Shown here piece by piece: positions 50,230 to 58,696 of a DNA stretch of 64,000 nucleotides; position 1 is the first letter of the stretch, and every line of letters begins with the position of its first letter. The translations under genes and the position numbers were made by a program. Source of the stretch: Saprospiraceae bacterium (GTDB taxonomy: Bacteria > Bacteroidota > Bacteroidia > Chitinophagales > Saprospiraceae). The notes under the pieces were generated by a model. That model ran no database searches. It saw nothing but the letters and a program-made list of their open reading frames with translations, and was not told where the DNA came from. Location of the stretch: NCBI GenBank assembly GCA_034439915.1, contig JAWXBI010000131.1:701-64700 (forward strand). The letters run 5' to 3'.

Positions 50230-50292
50230 GGTTTTAATAACAATACAAAAGATCAATTGTCTCTGAAAGGAATCAGTTTACGGGTTCCTTTT

Positions 50293-51660
50293 TTATTTTA
50301 CCTGTTCCGGTAATCCCGCATGCTCCAGCCACCTGTTGAAAAAGGGCTTTAATTTTTGACGGCTTACCGATTCAACCACCGATCTGAAATCGAAAGAAGT
50401 GGCGTTTTTGTTTTTAAACCTGGAATAATATTTTCTGATGGAATTAAAAAAAGCCGGATCCCCGATCTTCAGGCGCAAAGCGTGTAAAAACAACCCGCCT
50501 TTCTGATAATTTTCAGCATTCAAGAGTTGAAAAAGTCTGGGATACCCATTAAAAATCACCGGATAGAGATGAGGTTGTTGGTTTAAATATTCTTTTTTAG
50601 TTTGATTTATAATCGAATCAAACCTGATTTTTCCTTCTCTCGATTCAAAATACAAGGCAGAAAAATAAGTCGCAAACCCTTCGCTCAACCACAATTCTGA
50701 CCAGTCAGATAAGGTCACCGCATCCCCAAACCATTGGTGGGCTACCTCATGGGCCAGCAGTTCTTCCGGTTCCGATTGGGCTTTGAATACTCTGCCGCCG
50801 TCATTAAGAAAAATAACACTGCTGTTTTCCATCCCTCCAAACCTGGTGGATGACTGTACGAATGCTAATTGGGGATATGCATAAGGTCCGATCAGGCTGT
50901 CATAAAAATGAACCATATCGGGTATCCGGCTAAAACTGCCCATGGCGACAACACTATCCCGGGGATAAGTATAATAAAGCAAAGGAAGGCCTCCGGGAGA
51001 TTTTGTCCGGGTAATTGAAAATTGTGTAGCGCCAATTACCATACAATAAGTAGCAATGGGTTGATCAATTCGGTGGATTACCGTCCGCTGTCCCAGGTTT
51101 TCAGACTCGCCCAGTTTGCTGCCATTGCCAATAACCTCAAATTCCCGGGGCAGATGGACGGTGGATTGGAAACTGGCTTTATCCGATGGATGATCTATAC
51201 ATGGAAACCAGTTCCTCGCACGGCTTGCCCAGTTGTCTGCAAACGCTGTAAAATGTCCGGATTGATTTTTGAGAATCATCCCATCAGACGGTTGACCATG
51301 GTAACGGATGATGATATCCAGTTTTTTATTCCTGGCCATACGTCGATTAAATTCGATCCGGATGGAACTGCCATCGTAAGAATAGTTGAGACCTGCAGTC
51401 GGACAATACAATGTGTCCACGATGAGGTCTTCCAGATTTAAATTCAGTTGCTGGACGGGTTTAAGCAATTTTAGGGTTACAATTTGTTTTCCTTTGATAT
51501 CGGCAGATGCCGGATCCAGCCATATTTCCAAATCATATTGCAAAACATCAACCCAGCCTGCCATTGGATTATAGGATTCAGGATCCTGACTATAAGCCAG
51601 GGGATCACCCAGGGGGCCTGTGAAGACGAGGAAGATTAAACAACGTTTAAACCAGCACAT
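50293..51660 (-). CDS. M1-family zinc aminopeptidase (secreted)
   Basis: 455 aa with a signal-like N-terminus. Exopeptidase motif 'GGMENSS', zinc site 'HEVAHQWFG' and a downstream 'WLSEGFATY' Glu. Confidence 0.92.
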   Translation of the reverse strand: MCWFKRCLIFLVFTGPLGDPLAYSQDPESYNPMAGWVDVLQYDLEIWLDPASADIKGKQIVTLKLLKPVQQLNLNLEDLIVDTLYCPTAGLNYSYDGSSIRIEFNRRMARNKKLDIIIRYHGQPSDGMILKNQSGHFTAFADNWASRARNWFPCIDHPSDKASFQSTVHLPREFEVIGNGSKLGESENLGQRTVIHRIDQPIATYCMVIGATQFSITRTKSPGGLPLLYYTYPRDSVVAMGSFSRIPDMVHFYDSLIGPYAYPQLAFVQSSTRFGGMENSSVIFLNDGGRVFKAQSEPEELLAHEVAHQWFGDAVTLSDWSELWLSEGFATYFSALYFESREGKIRFDSIINQTKKEYLNQQPHLYPVIFNGYPRLFQLLNAENYQKGGLFLHALRLKIGDPAFFNSIRKYYSRFKNKNATSFDFRSVVESVSRQKLKPFFNRWLEHAGLPEQVK

Positions 51661-51739
51661 TTTATTTAAGCAAAGGAAATTTAAGGTAATGAAAAGTGTC
51701 CTGCAAAGAAAGGAAAAACTACCTGGTTATCTTTGTGCA

Positions 51740-52237
51740 ATGGAGAAGATACAGGTGTTTGTAACTGGAGGCACATTTGACAAAGAGTATAATTTTATAA
51801 CAGGTGAATTATACTTTAAAGATACCCATTTGAAACAAATGTTTGAGCGGGGCCGGTGTGTGCTCGATATAGACATCAAGACACTGATGATGGTAGATAG
51901 TCTCGATTTGACAGAAGAGGATACCCAAATCATTATTCATAATTGTAAGCGCAGCCTTCACCAAAAAATAATTATTACGCATGGGACCGATCGTATGGTG
52001 GCCACCGCCAAAGCAATAGCTTCAGAAAAAATACCAGGCAAAACCATCATCCTGACCGGAGCTATGATACCATATGCCTTTGGTAATTCATCCGATGGAT
52101 TCTTTAATTTGGGTGCCGCCCTTGCCTTTGTACAAACTTTAGCTCCCGGGGTTTATCTGGCTATGAATGGGCGATACTTTAACTGGGACAAAGTCAAAAA
52201 AGATATGAAGACAGGATTTTTTGTGGAAGCGGTGTAG
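51740..52237 (+). CDS. short asparaginase-domain protein
   Basis: About 165 aa from the ATG at 51740 ('MEKIQVFVTGGTFDKEY'). Asparaginase N-domain motifs 'TGGT' and 'ITHGTDRM'. The ORF-track start at 51620 would overlap the divergent peptidase gene. Confidence 0.75.
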   Translation: MEKIQVFVTGGTFDKEYNFITGELYFKDTHLKQMFERGRCVLDIDIKTLMMVDSLDLTEEDTQIIIHNCKRSLHQKIIITHGTDRMVATAKAIASEKIPGKTIILTGAMIPYAFGNSSDGFFNLGAALAFVQTLAPGVYLAMNGRYFNWDKVKKDMKTGFFVEAV

Positions 52238-52406
52238 GGTTGGTGCGGATTTCATATAAGCAATTTTAGTAATTTAAAAAGGAGCTGAGTACCAATATTT
52301 TTTGCATTAGATATATTCTTCATATAAAAAAATTGATGTACATTTGATTAGTTTAACGACAATGTTCGTTTTATCATTGATATTCAATTAATTAAAACAA
52401 TATAAT

Positions 52407-53870
52407 ATGAAGAATGTAATACTGATGTGTATGGTATTGACAGTCTCATCTGCATTATTTGGCCAGGATACAAGTGCCAACGTTCAAATGACCGGTAAAT
52501 CGGTCAATGGCATTTCCTTCAAACGTGCTTTTATTGATTACAAAAGTGCAAATGCCGGCTCCATTCAAAACTTTGGTTCGTTCAGGGAATTCAGTAGCGG
52601 TTTTGAATTGGGGTATCTCAGGGATTTTACAGACAACCTTCGATTATATATCCCACTTCGCATCGGTGTTTTTAATTTGAGCGACCAGAATGAAAATGTC
52701 ACCTTCGGAGAACTTGATGCTCAGCTCCAATACCGCTTTAATACCAAAAAAGGCATTCTAAGACCTTATCTGTTATTGGGAGCCGGGGTGAATACCGAAA
52801 ACCTCGATACTTTTAATGTTCAGATTCCCATGGGTGCGGGCCTGGATATCCGGATCGCAAAAAAGACTTTCGTCAATTTTCAGGCAGAATATCGATTGTC
52901 CTTGTCAGACCAACGAAATAACAATCAATTTTCTCTAGGTTTCATTCACTTTTTTGGTAAAAGCAATAAAACAACACCTGCGGAACCGAAAGTATCTCCA
53001 TCCAGGATTAAAGACTCTGACGGAGATGGGGTCCAGGATGATCTTGATCTGTGTCCAACTAAATTCGGTCTGAAACAATTTGCAGGTTGTCCCGATACCG
53101 ATGGTGATGGTCTCGAAGATACCCGCGACCAATGTCCGGAGATACCGGGCATAAAGGCATTGAATGGCTGTCCGGATACCGATGGAGATGGAGTGGCGGA
53201 CAAAGATGACGATTGTCCCAATCTGGCAGGCACCAAAGCCAATCGGGGATGTCCATCGACTGATACTGACAATGACGGGGTCATTGATGATTTGGATGAA
53301 TGCCCGACCATTGCTGGATCTCCAGCAGCTAAGGGTTGTCCTGACCGGGATGGGGATGGGGTAGCGGATCGTGCAGACAAATGCCCCAATATTGCAGGTA
53401 AATCTAAAAATGGCTGTCCGGATACCGATGGAGATGGAGTGGATGATGGAGAAGATCGCTGCCCAACTACGTTCGGCCCGGCGACCAACAAAGGATGCCC
53501 TGAAATCAAAAAAGAAGACAGTGAGATATTAAATATTGCTATGAGGGATGTTCAGTTTGAACACAACAGCGCTAAGTTGCGATCTGATTCTTATCGCATC
53601 CTGGATCAGATATCACAAATCCTAAATCGGTATCCTGAATACAAAATAGAGATCTCAGGTCATACAGATAATACCGGCACAGCTGAATTGAATAAAAAGT
53701 TTAGTGAACAAAGGGCCAGGGCATGCCGTGATTATCTGATAAGTAAAGGGTTGACCTGGAGCAGGGTTGCCAGCAGAGGCTTTGGACAAACTAAACCAAT
53801 TGCTACCAATGAAACGCCTCAGGGCAGAGCTACCAATAGAAGGGTTGAGTTTAAACTATTCCTCGAATAA
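52407..53870 (+). CDS. OmpA-family outer membrane protein with thrombospondin type-3 repeats
   Basis: 487 aa. Signal peptide, N-terminal beta-barrel-like region, six 'D-x-D-x-DG-x-x-D-x-x-D-x-CP' repeats, and a C-terminal OmpA domain ('ISGHTDNTGTAELNKKFSEQRA', 'NRRVEF'). Confidence 0.93.
   Translation: MKNVILMCMVLTVSSALFGQDTSANVQMTGKSVNGISFKRAFIDYKSANAGSIQNFGSFREFSSGFELGYLRDFTDNLRLYIPLRIGVFNLSDQNENVTFGELDAQLQYRFNTKKGILRPYLLLGAGVNTENLDTFNVQIPMGAGLDIRIAKKTFVNFQAEYRLSLSDQRNNNQFSLGFIHFFGKSNKTTPAEPKVSPSRIKDSDGDGVQDDLDLCPTKFGLKQFAGCPDTDGDGLEDTRDQCPEIPGIKALNGCPDTDGDGVADKDDDCPNLAGTKANRGCPSTDTDNDGVIDDLDECPTIAGSPAAKGCPDRDGDGVADRADKCPNIAGKSKNGCPDTDGDGVDDGEDRCPTTFGPATNKGCPEIKKEDSEILNIAMRDVQFEHNSAKLRSDSYRILDQISQILNRYPEYKIEISGHTDNTGTAELNKKFSEQRARACRDYLISKGLTWSRVASRGFGQTKPIATNETPQGRATNRRVEFKLFLE
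53013..53505 (+). repeat. in-frame tandem array of six TSP3-type calcium-binding repeats inside the OmpA gene
   Basis: Repeated 'GCPDTDGDGV-D--D-CP' units (DSDGDG, DTDGDG x3, DTDNDG, DRDGDG). The repeats also create the 187-aa antisense shadow ORF at 52946-53509. Confidence 0.9.
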
Positions 53871-54327
53871 ATCGGCCACAATTATAGCAAGGGCTATACC
53901 ATGTTAACCCAGTTTTTGTTCCGTCCCTGAATTTAAGTATCAACCCCGTAAAGTACCTAGAAAATTTTTCTCAAGCCACTGAGGCCTGTACATAGGCAGT
54001 TCTGAATATTGGTTTACAAACTTCGGCCAGAAAATGTTATAAATCCTTCTATCCCAAAGAGATTTACTATAGGTAAAAACACCTAAGGGTAAATACGGTG
54101 TGCTGTAGGTAGGCCCGGTGATACATAAGGTTTTTTTATCTAATTAAAAGTTGTGTAAATCAGACCAGTTCAGATCATAAAAGAGATTGATTTGTAAAGG
54201 TGTTCAGAGAGAACATTCAGAGGTGGCACTCCCTACAGAAATTTTTTGTCATTCATTCTATAGATACAAGAAGTGTGTAATACAACGATCCCAGTACCAT
54301 GTTAATTTCTCACCAAATTGGACTAAA

Positions 54328-54361
54328 TAAAAAAAGCCTGAAAGAAAAATCCTTTCAGGCT
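54328..54361 (-). terminator. intrinsic terminator of the DUF1573 gene
   Basis: 10-bp stem 'AGCCTGAAAG'/'CTTTCAGGCT' with a 7-nt loop. On the minus strand a T-rich run follows (the A-run at 54326-54335 on the + strand), 26 nt past the stop. Confidence 0.8.
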
Positions 54362-54386
54362 TGAGTATGAATTTATTTTTTTGGGG

Positions 54387-54860
54387 CTAGTTGTTTCCTA
54401 TAGGGGCTTTTTTAGCCGGGGTAAGTACATTGGCTTGTTTGGTAGGAACTGTTTCTTCAAGAGGTTTAGCTTTAATATTTCCTTTGACCTGAATAACGTG
54501 ATTCACTCCTTCTTCATTCGTAGTAACCGTAACCGTTTTCATGATTTGTCCAATGCGGTCTGTGGCATAATGGATTTCAATTTCACTGGTTTCACCTGGC
54601 ATGATTGGTTCTTTTGGCCAGATCGGAACGGTACAACCACAACTTCCCTGAGCATTTTTTATAATTAAAGGCTCTGTACCGGTATTTGTGAATTTTATTT
54701 TTCTTACCGGATCTGCATTTTGCATGATTTCTCCATAATCAACCACATCACTGGAGAGCGTCATTACCGGTCCGCTTTTGGCCTCTGCAGGTGCGGTCTG
54801 GGCATTCACTATACCACCGAACAATAGTATTGCCACGGCAAAAAGAATTTTTTTCATCAT
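54387..54860 (-). CDS. DUF1573 domain-containing secreted protein
   Basis: Signal peptide from the ATG at 54860 ('MMKKILFAVAILLFGG'). The hallmark 'GSCGCTVPIWPKEPIMPGE' is present. Confidence 0.88.
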   Translation of the reverse strand: MMKKILFAVAILLFGGIVNAQTAPAEAKSGPVMTLSSDVVDYGEIMQNADPVRKIKFTNTGTEPLIIKNAQGSCGCTVPIWPKEPIMPGETSEIEIHYATDRIGQIMKTVTVTTNEEGVNHVIQVKGNIKAKPLEETVPTKQANVLTPAKKAPIGNN

Positions 54861-54990
54861 TTTGTATTTATTACTTACAAATTTAATGATTTGATCAATC
54901 AAAAGCAAATACCACAGATTTATTCTGTTAACTGCCTGTTAATCTTTACGTGACCCGGATCAGGCAATTTACGGTTGGGTATATCCCAGG

Positions 54991-55166
54991 TGTGGATGAC
55001 AAATTGCAGGTTTTGGTTTTTTTTTACAAGACCTGGAAACCCGCCTGTCGGCGGACAGGGTTTGAAACCTCATTAAACCAACTAAAAACCCTGTCCGACA
55101 TGGCCAGGCGGGCTTCCAGATCTCGTTTTATTCAAATTCTTTAAACCTGCAATTTGTCATACACTC
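54991..55166. mobile_element. MITE-like palindromic element (176 bp) flanked by a 9-bp direct repeat
   Basis: Terminal inverted repeats are 18/18 perfect (54996-55013 vs 55143-55160) and extend with a 2-nt indel. The interior is also self-complementary. 'TATCCCAGG' sits immediately outside both ends (54982-54990, 55167-55175). No coding capacity. Confidence 0.55.
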
Positions 55167-55234
55167 TATCCCAGGCCATCAAAATGTAATTTGATTCAAA
55201 ATCGTATCTTGGTTGCTGAATTAAAACCAATCAG

Positions 55235-57631
55235 ATGAATATGGATACTCTTCCCTTGGAGATTGGTCCGGATTTGGATTTTCCTGGATCGTCCATGGAA
55301 GCGAAAATTCTGAGGGATTATTGGATAGCCCTCGTAAGCCGCGAAGTCAGTCTGCTTGGTAGAAGGGATGTACTCAGCGGAAAGGGCAAATTTGGAATAT
55401 TTGGCGATGGCAAGGAAATAGCGCAAACCGCTTTATCCCATTATATTCTCCCCGGTGATTTTAGGTCCGGTTATTACCGTGATCAGACCATTATGTTTGC
55501 CCTGGGCATTTGTTCGATTGCTGAATTTTTTGGACAAATGTATTCCGATTCCCACCATGACCCGTTTTCAGGAGGCCGACAAATGAACAATCATTTCGCC
55601 ACGCCTTTTATTCATACAGATGGAACATGGACGCTGCACCGCGATCGATTTAATGTAGTTTCCGATGTTTCCTGTGTAGCCGGACAGGTTGGACGCGCTT
55701 TGGGCTTGGCACAAGCATCAACAATATATAAATCTAATCAGCAGTTAAAAGGCACCGTCTTTTCAGATGAAGGTAAAGAAATAACCTTCTGTACCATAGG
55801 TGATGGTGGTACATCTGAAGGCGCTTTTTGGGAAACCATGAATGCGGCTGCCGTCATGCAGGTACCCCTGGTCATGATCGTATGGGATGATGGTTATGGG
55901 ATCTCTGTACCCGTCGGCCTTCAGACTGTAAAAGCCTCGGTCAGCAAAGCATTGGAGGGGTTTATTGGGGAAAAACCGGGCGAAGGCATCCAGATTTTTA
56001 CCGTTAATGGATGGGACTATCCTGAACTCTGTAAGATATTTGAAAAAGCAACGTATATCACCAGGCAATATTCCACTCCTACCCTGGTTCATGTACAGGA
56101 AATGACCCAGCCCCAGGGCCATTCCACCTCAGGCTCGCATGAAAGGTATAAAACCAAAGCACGCCTGGATTGGGAAAAAACCCATGATGGAATTCAAATC
56201 ATGAGGACCTGGTTATTGGATATCGGTGTATTGTCTGTCTCCAGGGACGAAGAACTCAGAAATAAAGCCAAAGAATATGTCAAACGGGAGCGAGATCTGG
56301 CTTTGTCAAGAGCCTTTGACAGTACCAAAAAAGAAGTGGAGTCCCTCGTGAAATTATTGGAGGAGATTACCGTGTCCAGACCTTATCATGCGGCCAGGAT
56401 CCAACAACACATCAGTGACCTCAGGTCCTTGAGAGAGCCGGAATCCAGTGATCTGGTGCGAAGTGTAAGACAATTGTTCATCAGTCTTCCGGACAATGAA
56501 AAAGATCCGGTTTGGCAGAGCCTGAGGACCTGGTTGGATGATAAATACCAAACTGCCAACATTCGGTTTCACACCCACCTGACCAGTGAGACAGCTCAGG
56601 CGGCATTGAAAGTAAGCCCGGTTGCTCCGATATACTCTGAACATTCGCCCCTCTTGAGTGGATATAAAATCCTCAATCATTATTTTGACAGATTATTTCA
56701 ATCCGACCCCAGAGTCTATGCTTTTGGGGAGGATGTGGGAAAGATCGGCGATGTCAACCAGGGATTTGCCGGTTTACAAGCCAAATTCGGAGAAGATCGG
56801 ATATTCGATACGGGTATCAGGGAGTGGTCTATTATTGGTCAGGCCATCGGTATGTCCATGCGGGGACTGAAACCAATCGCAGAAGTCCAATATCTGGATT
56901 ATCTGATTTATGCCTTATCCCCGTTGTCGGATGATGTGGCATGTCTGAGGTACCGTAGTAATGGGATACAGTGTGCCCCGCTTATTATCCGTACCCGGGG
57001 CCACCGGCTGGAGGGCATTTGGCATTCAGGCTCTCCAATGGGTATGATGTTGCATTCGCTCCGGGGCATCCATATAATCGTTCCGCGCAATATGGTTCAG
57101 GCTGCTGGTTTTTATCAAACCATGATCCAATCGGATGATCCTGCTATTATCGTCGAGTCTCTTAATGGTTACCGCCTAAAAGAAAAATTACCGGATAATA
57201 TAGGGAGCTATTGTTTTGCCCTGGGCATTCCCGAAATAATCATTCCAGGCGACGATGTGACCCTGGTGACCTATGGATCCTGCGTTCGTATTGCAGAACA
57301 AGCCATCGAGCTTGTTGCAGATCACGGTATTACAGTGGAACTTATGGATATCCAGACCTTGTTGCCTTTTGATGTGGAACACCGCATCGTACAATCAGTA
57401 AAAAAAACCAACAGGATACTGTTTTTGGATGAAGATGTACCCGGGGGAGCAACGGCATTCATGCTGAGAGAAGTATTGGAAGTCCAGGGTGGTTACCATT
57501 ATCTTGATGCAGCCCCCATCTGCCTTTCAGGGGCACCGCATCGCACGCCTTACGGATCTGACGGTGACTATTTTTCGAAGCCCAATGTGGAAGATGTGGC
57601 AGAAGCTATTTTAAACCTGGCCAGATCCTGA
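55235..57631 (+). CDS. fused 2-oxoacid dehydrogenase E1 component (alpha + beta subunits in one polypeptide)
   Basis: 798 aa. The N-terminal half has the TPP-binding motif 'IGDGGTSEGAFWETMNAAAV'. The C-terminal half has transketolase-like 'FDTGIREWSIIGQAIGMSMRGLKP' and a C-terminal domain. Confidence 0.9.
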   Translation: MNMDTLPLEIGPDLDFPGSSMEAKILRDYWIALVSREVSLLGRRDVLSGKGKFGIFGDGKEIAQTALSHYILPGDFRSGYYRDQTIMFALGICSIAEFFGQMYSDSHHDPFSGGRQMNNHFATPFIHTDGTWTLHRDRFNVVSDVSCVAGQVGRALGLAQASTIYKSNQQLKGTVFSDEGKEITFCTIGDGGTSEGAFWETMNAAAVMQVPLVMIVWDDGYGISVPVGLQTVKASVSKALEGFIGEKPGEGIQIFTVNGWDYPELCKIFEKATYITRQYSTPTLVHVQEMTQPQGHSTSGSHERYKTKARLDWEKTHDGIQIMRTWLLDIGVLSVSRDEELRNKAKEYVKRERDLALSRAFDSTKKEVESLVKLLEEITVSRPYHAARIQQHISDLRSLREPESSDLVRSVRQLFISLPDNEKDPVWQSLRTWLDDKYQTANIRFHTHLTSETAQAALKVSPVAPIYSEHSPLLSGYKILNHYFDRLFQSDPRVYAFGEDVGKIGDVNQGFAGLQAKFGEDRIFDTGIREWSIIGQAIGMSMRGLKPIAEVQYLDYLIYALSPLSDDVACLRYRSNGIQCAPLIIRTRGHRLEGIWHSGSPMGMMLHSLRGIHIIVPRNMVQAAGFYQTMIQSDDPAIIVESLNGYRLKEKLPDNIGSYCFALGIPEIIIPGDDVTLVTYGSCVRIAEQAIELVADHGITVELMDIQTLLPFDVEHRIVQSVKKTNRILFLDEDVPGGATAFMLREVLEVQGGYHYLDAAPICLSGAPHRTPYGSDGDYFSKPNVEDVAEAILNLARS

Positions 57632-57700
57632 AGAGGGGCTTCATATTAAATAATTTTGTAATATAATTGAAGCAATTATCTTTGATACTTTTTGAGACCA

Positions 57701-58414
57701 ATGGTGCCAAAATCAATAGTAATTATCCCTACCTATAATGAGAAGGAAAATATCCGGCAGATAATTACTGAGGTTTTGTCTTTGGATCCTAATATCGATA
57801 TCCTGGTTGTGGACGATGGGTCACCGGATGGAACCGCAGATATAGTGCGGTCCCTGCAATCTGAACAACCCCGTATCCATTTAATTACCCGCCAGGGTAA
57901 ATTGGGCCTGGGTACTGCATATATCACCGGGTTTAAATGGGGTCTCCATCGTCAATATGAATATTTAATTGAAATGGATGCTGACTTTTCTCACCCTCCG
58001 ATTAAAGTATTGGAACTCATCGGGGCCTGTGAGCAAGATGCAGATGTAGCAGTAGGATCAAGGTATGTTAAAGGTGGAAAGGTGACGGATTGGCCCTGGG
58101 ACAGACTGTTTTTATCCTATGGAGCATCTTGGTATGTGCGCCTGATTACCAGCATGCCGGTCAAAGATCCAACCGCCGGTTTTGTTTGTTACCACAGAAA
58201 GGTTTTGGAAACCCTGGATTTGGATGGCATTCGATTTGTCGGTTATGCTTTTCAGATTGAAATGAAATATAAATCCTGGTGTAAGGGATTTAAAATCAAA
58301 GAGGTTCCTATCACATTTACTGACCGGATAGCCGGTACTTCCAAGATGCACGGAGGTATCATCAAGGAGGCGGCTTTGGGAGTCATCCAATTAAGGTTGA
58401 ATCGCCCCTCCTGA
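57701..58414 (+). CDS. polyprenol-phosphate mannosyltransferase-like family 2 glycosyltransferase
   Basis: 'IIPTYNEKENI', 'VVDDGSPDGT', 'EMDADFSHPP'. I chose the ATG at 57701; the ORF track starts at a TTG at 57692. Confidence 0.88.
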   Translation: MVPKSIVIIPTYNEKENIRQIITEVLSLDPNIDILVVDDGSPDGTADIVRSLQSEQPRIHLITRQGKLGLGTAYITGFKWGLHRQYEYLIEMDADFSHPPIKVLELIGACEQDADVAVGSRYVKGGKVTDWPWDRLFLSYGASWYVRLITSMPVKDPTAGFVCYHRKVLETLDLDGIRFVGYAFQIEMKYKSWCKGFKIKEVPITFTDRIAGTSKMHGGIIKEAALGVIQLRLNRPS

Positions 58415-58660
58415 GCAAGTATACGTTTTCACTTTAAGTTGGGAATTCCAGGAAAACTTCAGGTATTTGCCTGAAAAAAAACTTATAAAATTTATTAATA
58501 TATAATATATTAAATATAAATATAATGTTTATATTTATGTATTAGTTCTGTTTAGCTAATTTTAAAGAGACTCAGATTAATTCTATAATGTATAATAATG
58601 CTGATTACAAAAGTGTAACACATAGCAGAAAAATAATAAATGTAAAAATATTTTAAAAAA

Positions 58661-58690
58661 AGTGGGTAGAAGTGGTAAAAAATGGGAGAC
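58661..58690 (+). promoter_or_regulatory. putative MraZ operator: three GTGG[G/T]-type boxes at exact 10-bp spacing
   Basis: 'aGTGGGtaga aGTGGTaaaa aATGGGagac'. TGGG/TGGT/TGGG cores lie at 58663, 58673 and 58683, 35-60 nt upstream of the mraZ start codon. Confidence 0.6.
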
Positions 58691-58696
58691 TTGGTA

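Noticed and set aside
50131-50313. 60-aa + strand ORF in the response regulator / peptidase spacer.
   Set aside because: It spans the hairpin-rich convergent terminator region and runs into the peptidase 3' end. There is no supporting signal.
53871-54386. Tested the long spacer by eye for tmRNA, RNase P RNA, SRP RNA and 6S RNA hallmarks.
   Set aside because: None of the conserved core motifs I know is present (for example the RNase P 'GAGGAAAGUCC', the SRP 'GGAAGCAGCC'-type helix 8, or a tmRNA tag reading frame). I left it as an unexplained spacer rather than calling an ncRNA.
54950-55426. 64-aa (+) and 76-aa (-) ORFs in the DUF1573/E1 intergenic region.
   Set aside because: The first merely reads through the palindromic MITE-like element. 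The second overlaps the E1 N-terminus antisense. Neither looks protein-like.
58480-58660. Extremely AT-rich, locally repetitive stretch ('TATATAATATATTAAATATAAATATAATGTTTATATTTATG') upstream of mraZ, and the 82-aa antisense ORF at 58583-58831.
   Set aside because: It has no regular repeat-spacer periodicity, so it is not a CRISPR array or a defined tandem repeat. It fits a low-complexity promoter/UP-like region. The ORF is an AT-rich artefact overlapping the mraZ start.
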